A stretch of 64,000 bases of DNA from Octopus vulgaris. Its lineage: Eukaryota. Location of the stretch: contig OX597818.1 in the NCBI GenBank assembly GCA_951406725.2, positions 36,704,001-36,768,000 on the forward strand, read 5' to 3'. The notes under the pieces were generated by a model. The model did not search any database, was not told the DNA's origin, and saw nothing but the letters and a program-made list of their open reading frames with translations. Shown in pieces: positions 22,908-39,244 of this stretch (its first letter is position 1; the number at the start of each line of letters is the position of its first letter). The position numbers and the translations under genes are program-made.

Positions 22908-24577
22908 CATACATAATTTAATGCTTACCTTGTTTTTATAATCATATCTGCAATGGTAGGCTTTCTTCTTGATGAGCATCCTCTTGGTTTATGAGCTCGA
23001 AGACTTTGTCATGGAATTATTGTTTGCCTTTCATCCTTTCGGGGTCGATAAATTAAGTACCAGTTTCGCACTGGTTTCGATGTAATCGGCTTAATCCCTT
23101 TGACTGTCCTTGTTTGTCCCCTCTATGTTCAGCCCCTTGTGGGCAGTAAAGAAATATATTGTGCCAAGTAGTTAAACAGTCCACAAACATCGGCACACTT
23201 AACGCGGATGTCGAGTAGACTCAAGGTAATATATGTAACAAAACTGGAACTTTGAATTTAAACTACAGTGAATCCAATCAGGCCACGCATTGATGACCGT
23301 ACCCGAGACTTCATGGTTGAGAAGCATACTTCTTAAACTCTCTACCACACCTGTATGTATATGAAACTTATGAATAACAATGTGTTTCAAAATCTTCTCG
23401 AGAAATATATTACTTTTATTATATGTATCATAGTTGTCTCATGTCATATTTCTATAATCCTCGACGCACCTAGTTACCTTTTCACAGCAATGTTTGGGAA
23501 CAGCTGAACTAGATATCACTCTAACAAAAATTGTTCTTTGTGCCAATACAAAAAAAAAACGCATTTCATTGTTGAGTCATTGGGAAAGTTTCTGTGCGGT
23601 CACTCAACCTGCCGAAAATAGCGAAATTTTCCTTAAACTACACCCTACTATCTTGATAAAGGAAGAACATTGGCTTGTGTGCTCCTGGATGAACAATGTG
23701 CACAAAAAAAAAAGACGGTAGGATGGTCATGAGTACGGCGTCTTTGATGATAAATATATTCGCTAATGGCTGACTGACAGAGAGTTGGAAGCGGGCTAAG
23801 TAATAACAAGATATTTGTGAGTAGGGAGCTTGTGTCACTTCGAGGGAAGTTGCTGTAATAGCATTCAGGGGCCAAGCAATTCTCAAGGCACTACGTTCAT
23901 TGAAGCTGTTTTGTTGTTGCTGCTGTTGTAGTTGTTGTTGTGGTGCGGTTGTTGTTGCTGTAGAAGTGGTGGTGGTATTATGTATGGTAGTGGTGGGATG
24001 ATGGTGGTGGTGGTGGTGGGGTGTCTGTGGTATATGTGTGTGTGGTGGTGGTGAGTGTGTGTGTGCGGTGGTGGCAGTGGTGAGGGTGGTGTTAGAGGTG
24101 GTGAGTGGTGGTGGTGGTGGTAGTAGTGGTGGTAGTGGTAGTGGTGGTGGTAGTGGTGTGGTGGTGGTGGTGGTGGTAGTGTGAGTGGTGGTAGTGTGAG
24201 TGGTGGTAGTGTGAGTGGTGGTAGTGTGAGTGGTGGTGGTGGTGGTGGTGGTGGTGTGGTGGGGAGTGTGTGTATGTGGTATGTGTGGTGGTGGTGGTGG
24301 TGGTGGTGGTGTTAGTGGTGGTGGTGGTAGTGGTAGTGGTGGTGGTGGTAGTGTGAGTGGTGGTGGTGGAGTGTGTGTGTGTGGCGGTGATGGTGGTAGC
24401 TGTACTGCTGCTGCTGGTATTGTTGATGTGGGTAATATTGAAAATTTTGATAGTGTTAAATGTGTCTGATGTATAGGTGAGAGTATTTGTGGTGGCAGAG
24501 GTAGAAGCTGTTGTTCAAACGGCTTTGGTTACTGCTGATTAATCACTTTCCTGATTAAGGAAACCTAAAGTAAATCC

Positions 24578-24837
24578 TGTGGAGCCACATGACCTAGTGG
24601 TTAGAGCAGCGGACTTGCAGTCGAGGGATCGCCGGTTCGAATCTCATTCCGGGCAATTTGTGTGTTTATGAGCGAAACACCAAGCTCCTGCTGACTCTTT
24701 CGCCACAACTTTCACTCTTCCTCCTGCATCTTGCACGTCACCTGCGACGGACCGGCGTCCCGTCCAGGTGAAGAACCTATACGCCAAGGAAACCGGGAAA
24801 CCGGCTCTTATGAGCCAGGCGTGGCTCGAGAAGGAAC
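24578..24837 (+). mobile_element. SINE family C, third tail type, 11-bp TSD
   Basis: TSD aaagtaaatcc at 24567 and 24838. Tail matches the 51451 copy. Confidence 0.85.
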
Positions 24838-25171
24838 AAAGTAAATCCGATTTCAGCCATGACCACCACTTCGCATTTATATTTATATAATTTTTCTCAA
24901 ATTCGTTCTTCCGACGTTTTACACTATGAGGTGTGATATGAGGACAATTTGGTTGCTTTTTTCTCAGAAAGTTAAGTGACCACGTAGAGCAGCGTGGTGG
25001 TGTGTTTACATCCCCTTAACTTACCAGTTCGGCGAAATAGACGCATAGAATAAGTACTAGGCTTTAAAAAAAATACTGGGTTCGATTCATTCAACTAAAA
25101 ATTGTTCAAGGTGGTGCCCCAGCGTGACCGCAGTGAAACTACTGAAACAAGTAAAAGATGAAAAAAAGGTA

Positions 25172-25560
25172 GGCGCAGGAGTGGCTGTGTGGTAAGTAGC
25201 TTGTTACCAACCACATGGTTCTGGGTTCTTCTACTATAGCCTCGGGCCGACCAAAGCCTTGTGTGTGGATTTGGTAGATGGAAACTGAAAGAAGCCCGTC
25301 GCATATATATATGTATGCATGTATGTATGTATGTATGTATGTATGTATGTATGTATGTATGTATGTATATATGTGCATATGTTTGTGTGTATGTGTTTGT
25401 CTCCTCAACATCCCCGTAAGTTAGCTGTTCGGCTAAAGAGACCGATAGAATAAGTACTAGGCTTACAAAGATTAAGTCCTGGGGGTCGATTTGCTCGACT
25501 AAAGGCGGTGCTCCAGCATGGCCGCAGTGAAATGACTGAAACAAGTAAAAGAGTAAAAGA
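25172..25560 (+). mobile_element. SINE family A (preceded by a 3' half at about 24995-25165)
   Basis: Same head and tail as the 52448 copy. Confidence 0.9.
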
Positions 25561-27038
25561 GGAAAATATATTTGGGGGTGAAGGGGGCGGAGGGGGAGAA
25601 ACGTAACTTAGGGTGTCGCACACCTAAACGTAAGATTGCAGTTTCAATCCCTGCACCAGGTGAAGCGTTATGTTGATGAAACATTTCATTGTACATTTGC
25701 TTCGGGCAATAAGAGGATGTGCTTCAAGAGGAAACACCTGGGATTTACCCTAACTACCCACATTATATATATATCACTTGCCTTTATTGAGTTTTTATTC
25801 AGCCCAGCAAGCTTTTCGTAATATCAGTGAAGGCATTACTCACTATTTCTCATATATCAGAGGGGAATAATTTTGTCTAGGCATGTGAAGAGCAAATATG
25901 CGTCATTGACAAGGCCCAAGGAGGTCGAAACCCATCTGGAGTTCTTCTGCGTTACTACTTGGATGGTGTTCTCGCATCGATGTATATTGTGTACTTAACT
26001 ATGCAAATTATCTCTCAGTCAAAAACCATATCATACTTTTTAACGATGTATATAGTTAGATATACATTTATACGTGTATGTAAGAGTTGTTTTAGTTGTA
26101 TAATAAAGCAAACATTAATACTGCACTTCTGTAAAATTCAAATGTATTGGAAAGCTCATGTATTTCATTTACATCTGCTCCAGAAGGAATGAGTATGCAG
26201 TGTACATCTGTTTTTAAATGTTTATTTACATTTATGTATTCCGGGGCGCATGTTCATACTAATGTCTGTAGGGTACTTGACAAGTTCTGGTGTTGCCGTG
26301 GCAGCATCTAGATGTGAGCTTTATTTATCTTCAAGTGTACAGTTAATCTCTCAAGTTTTACCTATCAGATTAGTAAACGTGGCTCTTTGACTACAATTCA
26401 TTTCTTGCTGTTTTTGTTGACGGTCTTGGCCATTTGTAGTTTATAGAGAAATAGTTTTTTTTATCAGACATAATTCTGAGCTGTTGAAAGTTATATTTCC
26501 ACAGAATAGTATCAATATATACTAGTTATTTAACCCCAGATCATGCATATTTTAGCATACATATGTTCAAAAGTGATCCAATCGTGATTATTCGGTGTTT
26601 TATTCAGCTATAGTCAATTTAGGAATGCGTTTTCAAATGCATCTTCCCTCATTTTTTTTAGGCTTTAGGCAATAGAATATGATTAGATTTGGACACTATA
26701 TTAGATTGAGTACCTCCATGCAATTCCATTTTGGCTCCAACCCATTGACAATCCTGCTACTATTATTGTTGATACCTTTGTTGTTAGGCCCAGATCAACT
26801 GTAACTGAGCCGACCTATAGTCAAAGTTATTTCAGCCATGGCTATTCGGGGTTTTTTAAAGAATAGACTTATGTCAACTTTGTCTGAGTATTCTTCTTTT
26901 TCCATCGTTAGAGTATTATTTGAAGAAGTGGTTGTTATATATAGCGAGTCAATAAACAAAATAATTGTAGTGAGAAGAAATGGAAGAATTCCAGATTTAA
27001 TTAATACCATGTCTTGTGTTATTTATTCATTTATTCAA

Positions 27039-27358
27039 TGAAGGCGCGTGACTTAGTGGTTAGGATATACAGCTCACGATCGCAAGCTCGTGAGTTCGAT
27101 TTCCAGCGGTGCGTTGTGTCCTTGAGCAAGAGACTTTATCTCACGTTGTTCCAGTTCCCTCAGCTGGCAAAATGAGTAGAACCTATATTTCAAGGAGCCA
27201 GCCTTGTCACATTCTGTGTCATGCTGAATCTCCCTGCGAACTACGTTGAGGGTGCACGTGTCTGTGGAATGCTCGGCCACTTGCACGTTAATTTCACAAG
27301 CAGGTTGTTTCGTTGGTCTGATCAACTGGAACACTCATCGCGGTTACCGACGGAGTAC
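27039..27358 (+). mobile_element. tRNA-derived SINE family D (also 50346-50662)
   Basis: Head gaaggcgcgtg..tagtgg...gagttcgatt. The 3' half matches the tail of the 58892 family C copy. Confidence 0.85.
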
Positions 27359-27872
27359 CAGTGTCAATTATTCATTACGTCTAAATTGAAATTTCAATGT
27401 CTGGCTTGGCCTTCCATCCTGATAAAAAAATTATCAGAAATATACTGAATTCTATTGAATTTACTTGATCCCTGACCTAACAGTTTGTCGTTACACGTCA
27501 AACTATATGTTTGAAAGATAACTAATAGTGCTTTAATTTAATTCTGTCCATATTCTAAATTACATTTCTTAAAATTTCAATTAGCTTCTATCTAAATTTT
27601 GCGTGATCGTGGTTATTCATACGATTGCAGATTGCCCAGTTGATATCGAAGTTGTGCTCTACATCTAAGGTGTTGATATTGGTTCTAAGTATGGCCAGAA
27701 TGTACAAGCTCACACCTAGACATTCTTCGGTTTCATTGTAGCTAACCATCTTCAGAAAAAATAGTTCATTGTCTTCTCTGTTTACTCAGATGTTTTAACA
27801 AAAAATTCATCAGACGTTTGACGTCGTCTCCTTGTTGTTATTGTTGTTGCTACTGCTGCTGCTGTTGCTGTT

Positions 27873-28231
27873 GAGCGAACGGTCTTCGTCCCAGAGCTCG
27901 CAAGATGGGAGAAGTCCGAAACGTGGTCCTTTGCTATTCGTAAGACCCGCAGAAGAGAAAGCATGTCAGCCCCCGACACCGAGAGCAATGACGGATGGAT
28001 GAATGCGCATCCAGGCTCGGCGGTTGCGTAGGAAGTCGGAGACAAGAAACAGGAAGAAAGAGTGAGAGAAAGTTGGGGTGAAACAGGAGTCGCCCCCCCC
28101 CCCTGCCGGGGCCTCGTGGAGCTTTAGGTGCTTTTGCTCAATAAACACACACAACACCCGGTCTGGGAATCGAAACCGCGATCCTCCGAAGGCGAATCCG
28201 CTGCCCTAACCACTGGGCCATTGCGCCTCCA
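27873..28231 (-). mobile_element. SINE family C, alternative tail
   Basis: Same head as the 58892 copy, with an unrelated 3' about 170 bp. Confidence 0.88.
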
Positions 28232-29078
28232 CTTTGTTGTTGCTGCTGCAGTTATCTTTGGTGTTGCTTAGCTCCAGATAAAGCCTGGGAGATGAAGCAG
28301 ATTAAAAATCAAAGATATTTCCCCCAGGGCCATCCAGCTTCTATACAGCTGCACCTATACTTATTAATATGACATTGAATTTCCAAGATAGCGGAGTGAA
28401 ATTTGGTTTGATAATCATGTAGAGATCCTTTCATTGGCTTATATTAGATATGGTTTTTCATAATGGTAACTAATTTCTTCCCGAAATATTAGACTTTATT
28501 AGAGAAGGTGCTTTAGCTATTCGCAAGTAAGCAATTCTGTCCTCCCAGAATTTCAACTTTCAGGAATGCCTATGAACCCTCATTTTTTATCTGACAGACA
28601 ATCAACTACTGAAATGTTCAAACAGAACAACAATAAAATCTACTTTATTAGTCTGGCACACTTGCGGGTTTACAAGTCTGTCCATGCGGTTTACAAGCTT
28701 GCTTGGCAACTACGTATTTCGGTTTCAAAACCACTACGCACTTCAGAGTCGTTCAAATATCCGCGAGGAGCAAAAGTTCTGGAGTGATGAAGGGAATATT
28801 CGTGCTCTTGGATGAGACAATACACAGCTTCTGGTTTAAAACCACCGCCTGTCCTTTGGGAGCCCTTAGCGGATACACACTAATGCAAACTTTTAAGACA
28901 GGCCCTTGAATACCTCCCTCTTTCGACCAATCTCAGAGGTTCTAAAGGAATGTCATAGGCACTGACCTAACATTTCCGCCAGACACGCACGCGCACACAT
29001 ATATACATATATATATATATACAATATCATAATATTATATTATATAACCAAGATATATATATATATATATATATATAT

Positions 29079-29488
29079 CTTTTACTCTTTTATTTGTTTC
29101 AGTCATTTGACTGCGGCCATGCTGGAGCACCGCCTTTAGTCGAGCAAATCGATCCCAGAACTTATTCTTTGTAAGCCCAGTACTTATTCTATAGGTCTTA
29201 TTCTATCGGTCTCTTTTGCCGAACCGCTAAGTGATGGGGACGTAAACACACCAGCATCGGTTGTCAAGCAATGCTAGGGGACAAACACCACACACAAACA
29301 CACATACACATATATATATATATATATATACATATATACGACAGGTTTCTTTCAGTTTCCGTCTACCAAATCCACTCACAAGGCATTGGTCGGCCCGGGG
29401 CTATAGCAGAAGATGGCACGCAGTGGGACTGAACCCGGAACCATGTGGTTGGTTAGCAAGCTACTTACCACACAGCCACTCCTGCGCC
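29079..29488 (-). mobile_element. SINE family A
   Basis: Reverse complement of the family A sequence. Confidence 0.9.
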
Positions 29489-29496
29489 TAGACAGT

Positions 29497-29541
<45 letters not shown>

Positions 29542-29543
29542 AT

Positions 29544-29591
<48 letters not shown>

Positions 29592-29600
29592 GTACATACA

Positions 29601-29637
<37 letters not shown>

Positions 29638-29835
29638 ATAAACACACACATACGCGCGCACATACACACACACATACATACATATATATATATAAAATTT
29701 TCAGGATCCGGCAGAATTAAGGTATTTAAATAGTAATGGCACCAATATAGAGTTGGGGATAGTACACCAGTGCACTACTGATGTGTTAGTCTGAAACAGC
29801 TGTAGTGAACCTCTAACCGCTGGTGTTATTGTGTG

Positions 29836-29874
<39 letters not shown>

Positions 29875-30381
29875 CGCTGTCTAGGCTGAGTTTTTAAGAG
29901 ATTTACTTAGCAATTTATAATGTGTGGTAACTCAGGCAAATGACTTTACCATCTCTTCTGGTAAACATGGGTAGATGGAAACTATGTAGAAGCCTCTTAG
30001 ATGAATTTTATTCGTCTTTGTGAGGGCTTCCCTCGGTGTAACGATGCAGCATCTCTAATTGAAACTGTTCTATTTCTACCCACATTAATGTTACAAATTA
30101 CCGTGATATGGAAGGGATCACCCATCACATAAAAACATACATATATGTAATATATGCACACAGGTATAATAAATATATTTGCATATATCCATGCACATAT
30201 ATACACATATTGACACACGCAAGCTTACATATCTACTAACATATATACACACAAGCACACACACATATATGCATATATATACATATATGTATTTATATAT
30301 ACACATATATATACATGTATATATACATACATATACATATATACACATATATATATATACATACACACACACACATATATA

Positions 30382-30425
<44 letters not shown>

Positions 30426-30541
30426 TTTTTTATCCTTTTATTTTTATGCATTCGAGCCCAAAGTCTATGGGCATGCTGGGTCACCAACAGGATTATCACT
30501 TTTTTCAATGGCCATTTGTTTGTTAATATATATATATATAC

Positions 30542-30608
<67 letters not shown>

Positions 30609-31193
30609 CGTATGTGCGAGTGTGTGTGTATTTTTGGCATACCAGCATACATTACAACCTAGTATTGTCAAAAGTACCTATGTCTCCTTTTCGGGTTTGC
30701 TAACATAGATGTAAGAAAGTAAGATACTCTCCAGCCCATAACCTGGTCCTATTACAATTGCAATACGGGTACCTGTGCCAGATTGTGGTGTTAAACCGGG
30801 TGAGCGGTTGGGTTTTTTTCCAAAGATGGCCAAAACAGGAATTAAGCTCAGAATACACAGACCCAAAACAATAACACTCAAGCTTCCTAGACTGGTATGT
30901 TTTATAACTATGAAAGGATGAAATGCTAAGTTGCCCTCAAGGGAATTTGAACACATGTCAAGGAGCTGAAATAAATACCGCAAGGCCTTTCGTCCTGAGT
31001 TTCTTCCGCCTCTGCTATGAGTTTATTGCAGACATGTGTATCTATATGTGTGTGTATATTATATATATATATATCACCATGATCACCATGACCGACCAGG
31101 AAATCAGATGTTGCTACACATCGCTGGTCACAATGCGCTTTGCATTGTTTTAGCCTTCAAATGACGCCACCCCGCTGGCTAAGCGAGCAGGCC

Positions 31194-31224
<31 letters not shown>

Positions 31225-31308
31225 CACACATATATATACATACTTATATATGAAGTATATGGGTGTGTACAAATACATATATATGCGTATGCGTATGTAA
31301 AGTTGTAT

Positions 31309-31353
<45 letters not shown>

Positions 31354-31472
31354 TAAAACTTAAAACTTAGGTATGTTTCGACCAAAGATTGGTCCAGGCC
31401 ATGTTTAACTTAATATCACCACCTGATATATATGTATATATATACATATATATATATGTATATATATATACG

Positions 31473-31595
<123 letters not shown>

Positions 31596-32641
31596 TACAT
31601 ACATGTGTCTGATTTGTTGGCGTATCCGTGTGTATGCGTATGTGTGCATATTAAGTATATGTAGATATTACATATTGATACCTGGTGATATCTTGTATAA
31701 ATGCAAGTGTAATATATCTCCTCCTAGTCTATTAACAAATAAACATAACAATATTTTCAAATACTTTTATTGAGTTTTTCATACTTGGGTTTTAGTAATT
31801 ATCCATCTAATATTATTTAGATACAGAGAGAGGGACTTAGATACGCAGTACATGTGCACCGATACAATGATGAAATAGCAGCCAAATCTTTCCATAGGAA
31901 TGGGAAAATAAAGGTACAAGTATCCCCTTAGATAAATTATGACAGAAAAAATATACAATTGGGGGAGTAAGATGGAATGTTTGTAGCCATACGCCTGCAA
32001 TTTCGGGGCTTACAAGAGGATAAACAATTAGATTATAACATACCTGTTACAGGTTAATGAGCTAACTGTTACCTGTGAACGAGTATGGTATGGTACCATG
32101 TAATATAGATTCGCTAATTGTTTTAGGTGGTTATTTAATCGAGGGCAGCCATAAATGTACCTTCGACTCTCCCCCATTTTGACCTAGAGGCACATCCAGG
32201 ATACGACAGCCGAAGGGAAAGAAAACTGCGCCAACAATCGGCTATCACTTAGTTTTGGGAAATGGGAAATGGAGTGGCTTGCTCAAGGATAAACCCAGCA
32301 CCCGTTCCAGAAATTGGAACAAAGATATTATGACCGTGAGCCAAACCTTAGGCCATATTTCTCTACTCTCATCAAATACTGGCATAGGATCATATTCATA
32401 TCTGCATATATTAATAAAAGTATACACACATACACATACACACATACAAAAATACACACGCATACATATAATATATTTTACAAGAAATGTGACAGTAACT
32501 TTAGTGTAAAATTGTTTTTATAATTCGACAAAACTCAAAATTAATATCAATATAACAATATATGCCTATTAGCGTGTTATATATATTCATATATATGTAT
32601 ATATACATACATACACACATATATATATTTATACATACATA

Positions 32642-32732
<91 letters not shown>

Positions 32733-32765
32733 GTGTGTATGTATATATATATATATATATATATG

Positions 32766-32803
<38 letters not shown>

Positions 32804-32869
32804 TATATGTATACAGACACATACATATATATGTGTTTGTGTATATATGTATGTATGGATGTATGTATG

Positions 32870-32915
<46 letters not shown>

Positions 32916-33015
32916 AACACACACAGACATATATATATGTATACACACACATACATATATATGTGTTTGTGTATGTATGCATGAATGAATGTATGTATAT
33001 AAATATATATATATA

Positions 33016-33238
33016 TGAGGGGACCTGAAAAGTTTCTGGCTTTAAAAGTGTCACGAAAGGCCTGGTTGGAAGCCCAAACTTCCGAGTTCGTTTGCAGGGC
33101 TGAAAAAAAAACACCCTGAAGTAATGCTGCAATAAGTATGTGAATCTGAGAGGAGAATATGTTGAATAAAATCATAATTAAGTGATCCTCCTGTATTTTC
33201 TTTTACCCAAAGCCAAGAACCTTTCAGCACACCCCTCG
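33016..33238. mobile_element. mariner-type MITE
   Basis: TA|tgagggg..ctgaaaagtttctggcttt versus aaagccaagaacctttcagcacacccctcg|TA. Confidence 0.75.
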
Positions 33239-33621
33239 TATAGATTTGTAGTTAAATTTTACGATATATTTCACTCATGCTCTGAGATGTAACAGCAGTG
33301 ATTTTTTTAAATCTCAGAGTGTTTCCAGTTTTTCAACACCAGACCTATAGTTACCTATAGTTACAGCCAGGATTAATCAAGTAGCAGGAAACAGCTGGTG
33401 TCTGCAAACTTTTTTTTCCAAAGCCACACAGTAGCTTTCCAGCAGTTTCAAACAGGAAATTTATAGCCTTCCATTTTACTGCGCTAGCCAGAACTTCGCA
33501 GAATGAATGTCCCTTGGTGGCCCCCACATCTATTGCCTCGCAATTAGACTGCCGGCCACGATTTCAACACCGGTCCACCAGCAACTCACATTTGGCAAGC
33601 TAGCTCGATACATTTGTACCC

Positions 33622-33659
<38 letters not shown>

Positions 33660-33669
33660 TAAATATATA

Positions 33670-33704
<35 letters not shown>

Positions 33705-33740
33705 TTTAAGGGAAATGATGAACCCAAATAAATACATACA

Positions 33741-33795
<55 letters not shown>

Positions 33796-33920
33796 ATAGC
33801 ATTGCATACATACATACATACATACATGCATACATACATACATACATACATGCATACATACATACATACATATATACATACATACATGCAGACAGGCAGG
33901 CAACAGACAAACAAACAGAC

Positions 33921-33994
<74 letters not shown>

Positions 33995-34520
33995 GTTTCT
34001 TTATTGGCCACACAGGGCTGCACACAGATGGGACAAGTTACAAGGTAGAGCTTTTCTTTTGGGGGAGAAAAAAATAGATAGATAGATAGATGGAGAGAGA
34101 TATTGATATACACACACTCACACACTCACGCTTAACCACATATATTCATATCTTCGTATATACGCAAATGCCATAAAATTACTAATAACGATACAAAATT
34201 TCGCAACGAGATATTTTCTGGGGTTGTAAATTAAATCCCTTTGCAGACAGATGTTCTATTAAATAAAGTTACAAAACTGAGAGATTTTCTATACACATCT
34301 GTTGATCTGGCAGACGTAAAAGAACTTTCACGTGTATGCGGTTAGTTAACCATAGCTGTAATCACAATTCCTGAAACTTCGAGCTGCTGGATGTATCCTA
34401 CAAATGCGTAGAATATATACATTCTTTGCTTGAGCAAGATGAGGAAATGTGATTATATGTGTATATGTATGTGTGTGTGTGTAGCTATGTATATACATAC
34501 ATACATACATACGTACATAC

Positions 34521-34587
<67 letters not shown>

Positions 34588-34724
34588 GTATGTATGTATA
34601 TGTATATATATATAAGCACACATATATACTAACCTATAGTTAGTATAACGAATGAAAAAGACTTATGAAATCATAGACATGATAAAACTCTCTAATATAT
34701 ACATGTATATATATATATGTATAC

Positions 34725-34788
<64 letters not shown>

Positions 34789-35252
34789 ATGTATGTATAT
34801 ATATATGTGTGTGTGTACGTATATGTATATATATACTTATATATGTATGTATACATAACCAAACATACATTTTTGTATATGCATGTATATATACACATCT
34901 GTACATATATATGTGCGTGTGTATATATATGTAAATATATATATATACCGTGCTTGCATAGAGGTGGTGGGCTCCGTTTTTTTTTTTACATGTTTTCAAA
35001 AGTACCTTAAGTTTTAATCACACTTTCGAAGTACTTAATCACATATGCTCACATATCCAACATATTCAGGCATTTCAACAAACACAGACGTATATATACA
35101 CACACACATACACACGTACGCACGCACACAGACGTATATATATACACACACACATACACACATATCCATACTTACAGATGTATATACTTGTATATGACAT
35201 GCAACCATGCACTCATTTTTCTAAAAACTTATATGTATGTATAAGTATTTAT

Positions 35253-35299
<47 letters not shown>

Positions 35300-36123
35300 T
35301 ATAAATACATGTGTGTAATCGTGTGTACCCGTGTTTCTGTGGGTATGCATGCGAGGGAGTTTGTATGTGTGTACATGTGCGTCTATGCACACGTGTGTGT
35401 GTGTGTGTGTATATTCCAGCCATATCATCCGGGCTTTTTCGTTGTTTCTAAAACAAATATATAATGCGTAGTTTCAAGTTTTCACTTTACCTACCATATA
35501 TGCTTAATGTATGCAATTGACGTAAGAAGGTGTTTGAACTTGAAGTAAAATTCTGAGAAGTGTGTATAGCAATCTGCAATATCTAGGCAAGAGAGAGGGA
35601 ACAAACGTGTGTGGAGATTGGTCATTATTGCAGAATACTTTCATATTATAATGTTTCATAATAGAATGCGTAATTAACTGATGTAGTAAATATACAGACA
35701 TACATACATACAAACATACAAATATACAAACACACACACATATACATATATATATATTATATTGATACATAGAGAGTTAGAGATAAATATAAATATATAT
35801 TTATATAGTTTATATGTATCTAGTTATATATTTATATGTATGTATATATGTGTGTATGTATGTATGTTGCTTGCAAATGTATATACAATATATACCTATA
35901 TATATATACATATATAAAGATGTATACATAAGTATACATACACACATACAATCATAGGTATATGTAAATAGGCATATATTCATATATGCGTGTATGTATG
36001 TACACATGTATACATACTTACAAACACATATGTATGTAAATACATATATATAAGGATATAAGTAAATATATATATATATATATGTCTTCTTATAGCCATC
36101 TCATATGAGTTTAAATGTACACA

Positions 36124-36164
<41 letters not shown>

Positions 36165-36561
36165 CTCTCTTTTTCTCTCTTTTACTTGTTTCAGTCATTT
36201 GACTGCGGCCATGCTGGAGCACCGCCTTTAGTCGAGCAAATCGACACCGGGACTTATTCTTTGTAAGCACAGTACTTATTCTATCGGTCTCTTTTGCCGA
36301 ACCGCTAAGTGACGGGGACGTAAACACACCAGCATTGGTTGTCAAGCAATGCTAGGGGAACAAACACACACACATACACATATATATATATATACATATA
36401 TACGACAGGCTTCTTTCAGTTTCCGTCTACCAAATCCACTCACAAGGCATTGGTCGGCCCGGGGCTATAGCAGAAGACACTTGCCCAAGATGCCACGCAG
36501 TGGGACTGAACCTGGAACCATGTGGTTGGTTAGCAAGCTACTTACCACACAGCCACTCCTG
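36165..36561 (-). mobile_element. SINE family A
   Basis: Reverse complement; shares diagnostic variants (aggcattgg, gttagcaagc, caatgctagggg) with the 29079 copy. Confidence 0.9.
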
Positions 36562-36606
36562 TATATATATAATATATATATGTATATGTATATATATATA
36601 TGTATA

Positions 36607-36701
<95 letters not shown>

Positions 36702-36873
36702 CATATATATGAAAATACCAAGACCTCACGCTAAATAGCTACATGAGGAGATTGATTAGGATAGTTTACAATATTGTAGATTATTATAAAGGTATTCTAT
36801 TTCTATAGGTATGTTAATATCACTTTCTATACATGAATATATGAAAACATATATGCACAGAAGTGTAGATATT

Positions 36874-36910
<37 letters not shown>

Positions 36911-37026
36911 TATAGGAGTGCGGTGATGACTGTATAACACCAGCGTGACTGAAGGTATTTGTTAAATAAAGTAGATGTATATTTAAAAATATATACATAT
37001 TGGTGTCCATATAAAATTATATATAC

Positions 37027-37091
<65 letters not shown>

Positions 37092-37311
37092 CATGTATAT
37101 ATACAAACATATATATATTGGTGTGGATACATGTAGATATGTTATTGTGTGTTTGCAGATGTTTGAGGTTTGCATATATAAAAACTTGGTATATAATATT
37201 TCGTGCATACAATATGTACGTATTGAATAATACATGATGTATTGATATATATATATGTATGAAGGTCCCACAAATAATTTTAATACTCACCAAGAAACAC
37301 AGATAAACATA

Positions 37312-37350
<39 letters not shown>

Positions 37351-37351
<1 letters not shown>

Positions 37352-37595
37352 CTCTTTTATTTTTTACCTGTTTCAGTCATTTGACTGTGGCTATGATGGA
37401 GCACCGCCTTTTAGTCGAGCAAATCGACCCCACGACTTATTATTTGTAAGCATAGTACTTATTCTATCAGTTTCTTTTGCCGAACAGCTAAGTTACGGGG
37501 ACGTAAACACACTAGCATCGGTTGTCAAGCGATGTTGGGGGGACAAGCAAACACACAAACACACACACACACACATACATACATACATGCATACA

Positions 37596-37669
<74 letters not shown>

Positions 37670-37760
37670 GACGGGCTTCTTTCATTTTCCGTCTACCAAA
37701 TCCACTCACAAGGCTTTAGTCGACCCGAGGATATGGTAGAAGACACTTGCCCAAGGTGCC
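37351..37760 (-). mobile_element. SINE family A, head missing
   Basis: Body and tail match family A. Confidence 0.85.
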
Positions 37761-37776
37761 ATATATATATATATAT

Positions 37777-37833
<57 letters not shown>

Positions 37834-38101
37834 TATATATATACATATACACATATAATAGATATATACATTTATATAAAGATATATACACACACTATTT
37901 GTTTCGGCTTGTAACTATATACATATATACACTATACATGAGTTCCTCTAGTATTATGTATGTGTATATATGGAATTGTTTACACCCGTATGCGTATATA
38001 TACACAAATACTTACATGCATACATACACACAAACACACACATATTGTGTATTGGCCCAACTTACATATAAATGCATGTACATATATATACAAATATATA
38101 C

Positions 38102-38164
<63 letters not shown>

Positions 38165-38186
38165 TGTATAATATATATGTATATCA

Positions 38187-38220
<34 letters not shown>

Positions 38221-38224
38221 CAGT

Positions 38225-38256
<32 letters not shown>

Positions 38257-38390
38257 CAGTCATACATACATACATACATACATACATACATACATACATA
38301 CATACATACACACATACATACATACATACATACATACATACATACATACATACATACATACATGCATACATATAAATATACACACACACA

Positions 38391-38620
38391 CAGGGTGTTC
38401 AAAAAATTTCTCCACAGTATTTTGATTGCAAAATATTTATAAGGTGGTATAAGGCTGCAAAAGAATAAATTAGACTTTACAATACTTTAAAAGACTCTAT
38501 AAGGGGTGTTGAAAGTGTCGTCCTTCGTTCTCAATACATAAATTGATTCTTCTACACACATGTCTTGAAATACATCTTGGAGAGAAAATTCACTGTGGAG
38601 AGACTTTTTGAACACACCAC
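38391..38620. mobile_element. MITE, about 230 bp
   Basis: TIRs gtgttcaaaaaatttctccacagt versus actgtggagagactttttgaacac. Confidence 0.7.
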
Positions 38621-38675
38621 ATATACGTGTATGTGTATGTATGTATGTATGTATGTATGTATGTATGTATGTATG

Positions 38676-38706
<31 letters not shown>

Positions 38707-39109
38707 GTATGTATGTATGTATATGTATACACACACATTAATTTACGAGTGAACACTTACAAGAGCATCAGTATCTATGCATATATATAAATATATGTGG
38801 GATTAATATGAAATGTAGATGGATTTTGGGACATTCAGTGTGACAATATCTCTGTGTATATGTTTTAACAGAAGTGATTGTATGCATCTTCTATATTTTA
38901 AAAGTGGATTTCAATTTACACTCATAATCAACCATACAATAGAGCCCCAAATACAAGCACACACACACACACACAAACACACACTTTTTAGCAAGTTTCC
39001 CAGGTGATTACATAAGAGTGAATAAGGTGAAGTGACGCAGGATCACGCTTTCTGTCCAGTCACAGGCAAATATTCTGCAATATGTATACATATATACATA
39101 CATTCATAC

Positions 39110-39142
<33 letters not shown>

Positions 39143-39208
39143 TATTTGTACGTAAATATGTATTTATATCTATTTATCCATCTATCTATATATAGTAATA
39201 TACGTACA

Positions 39209-39244
<36 letters not shown>

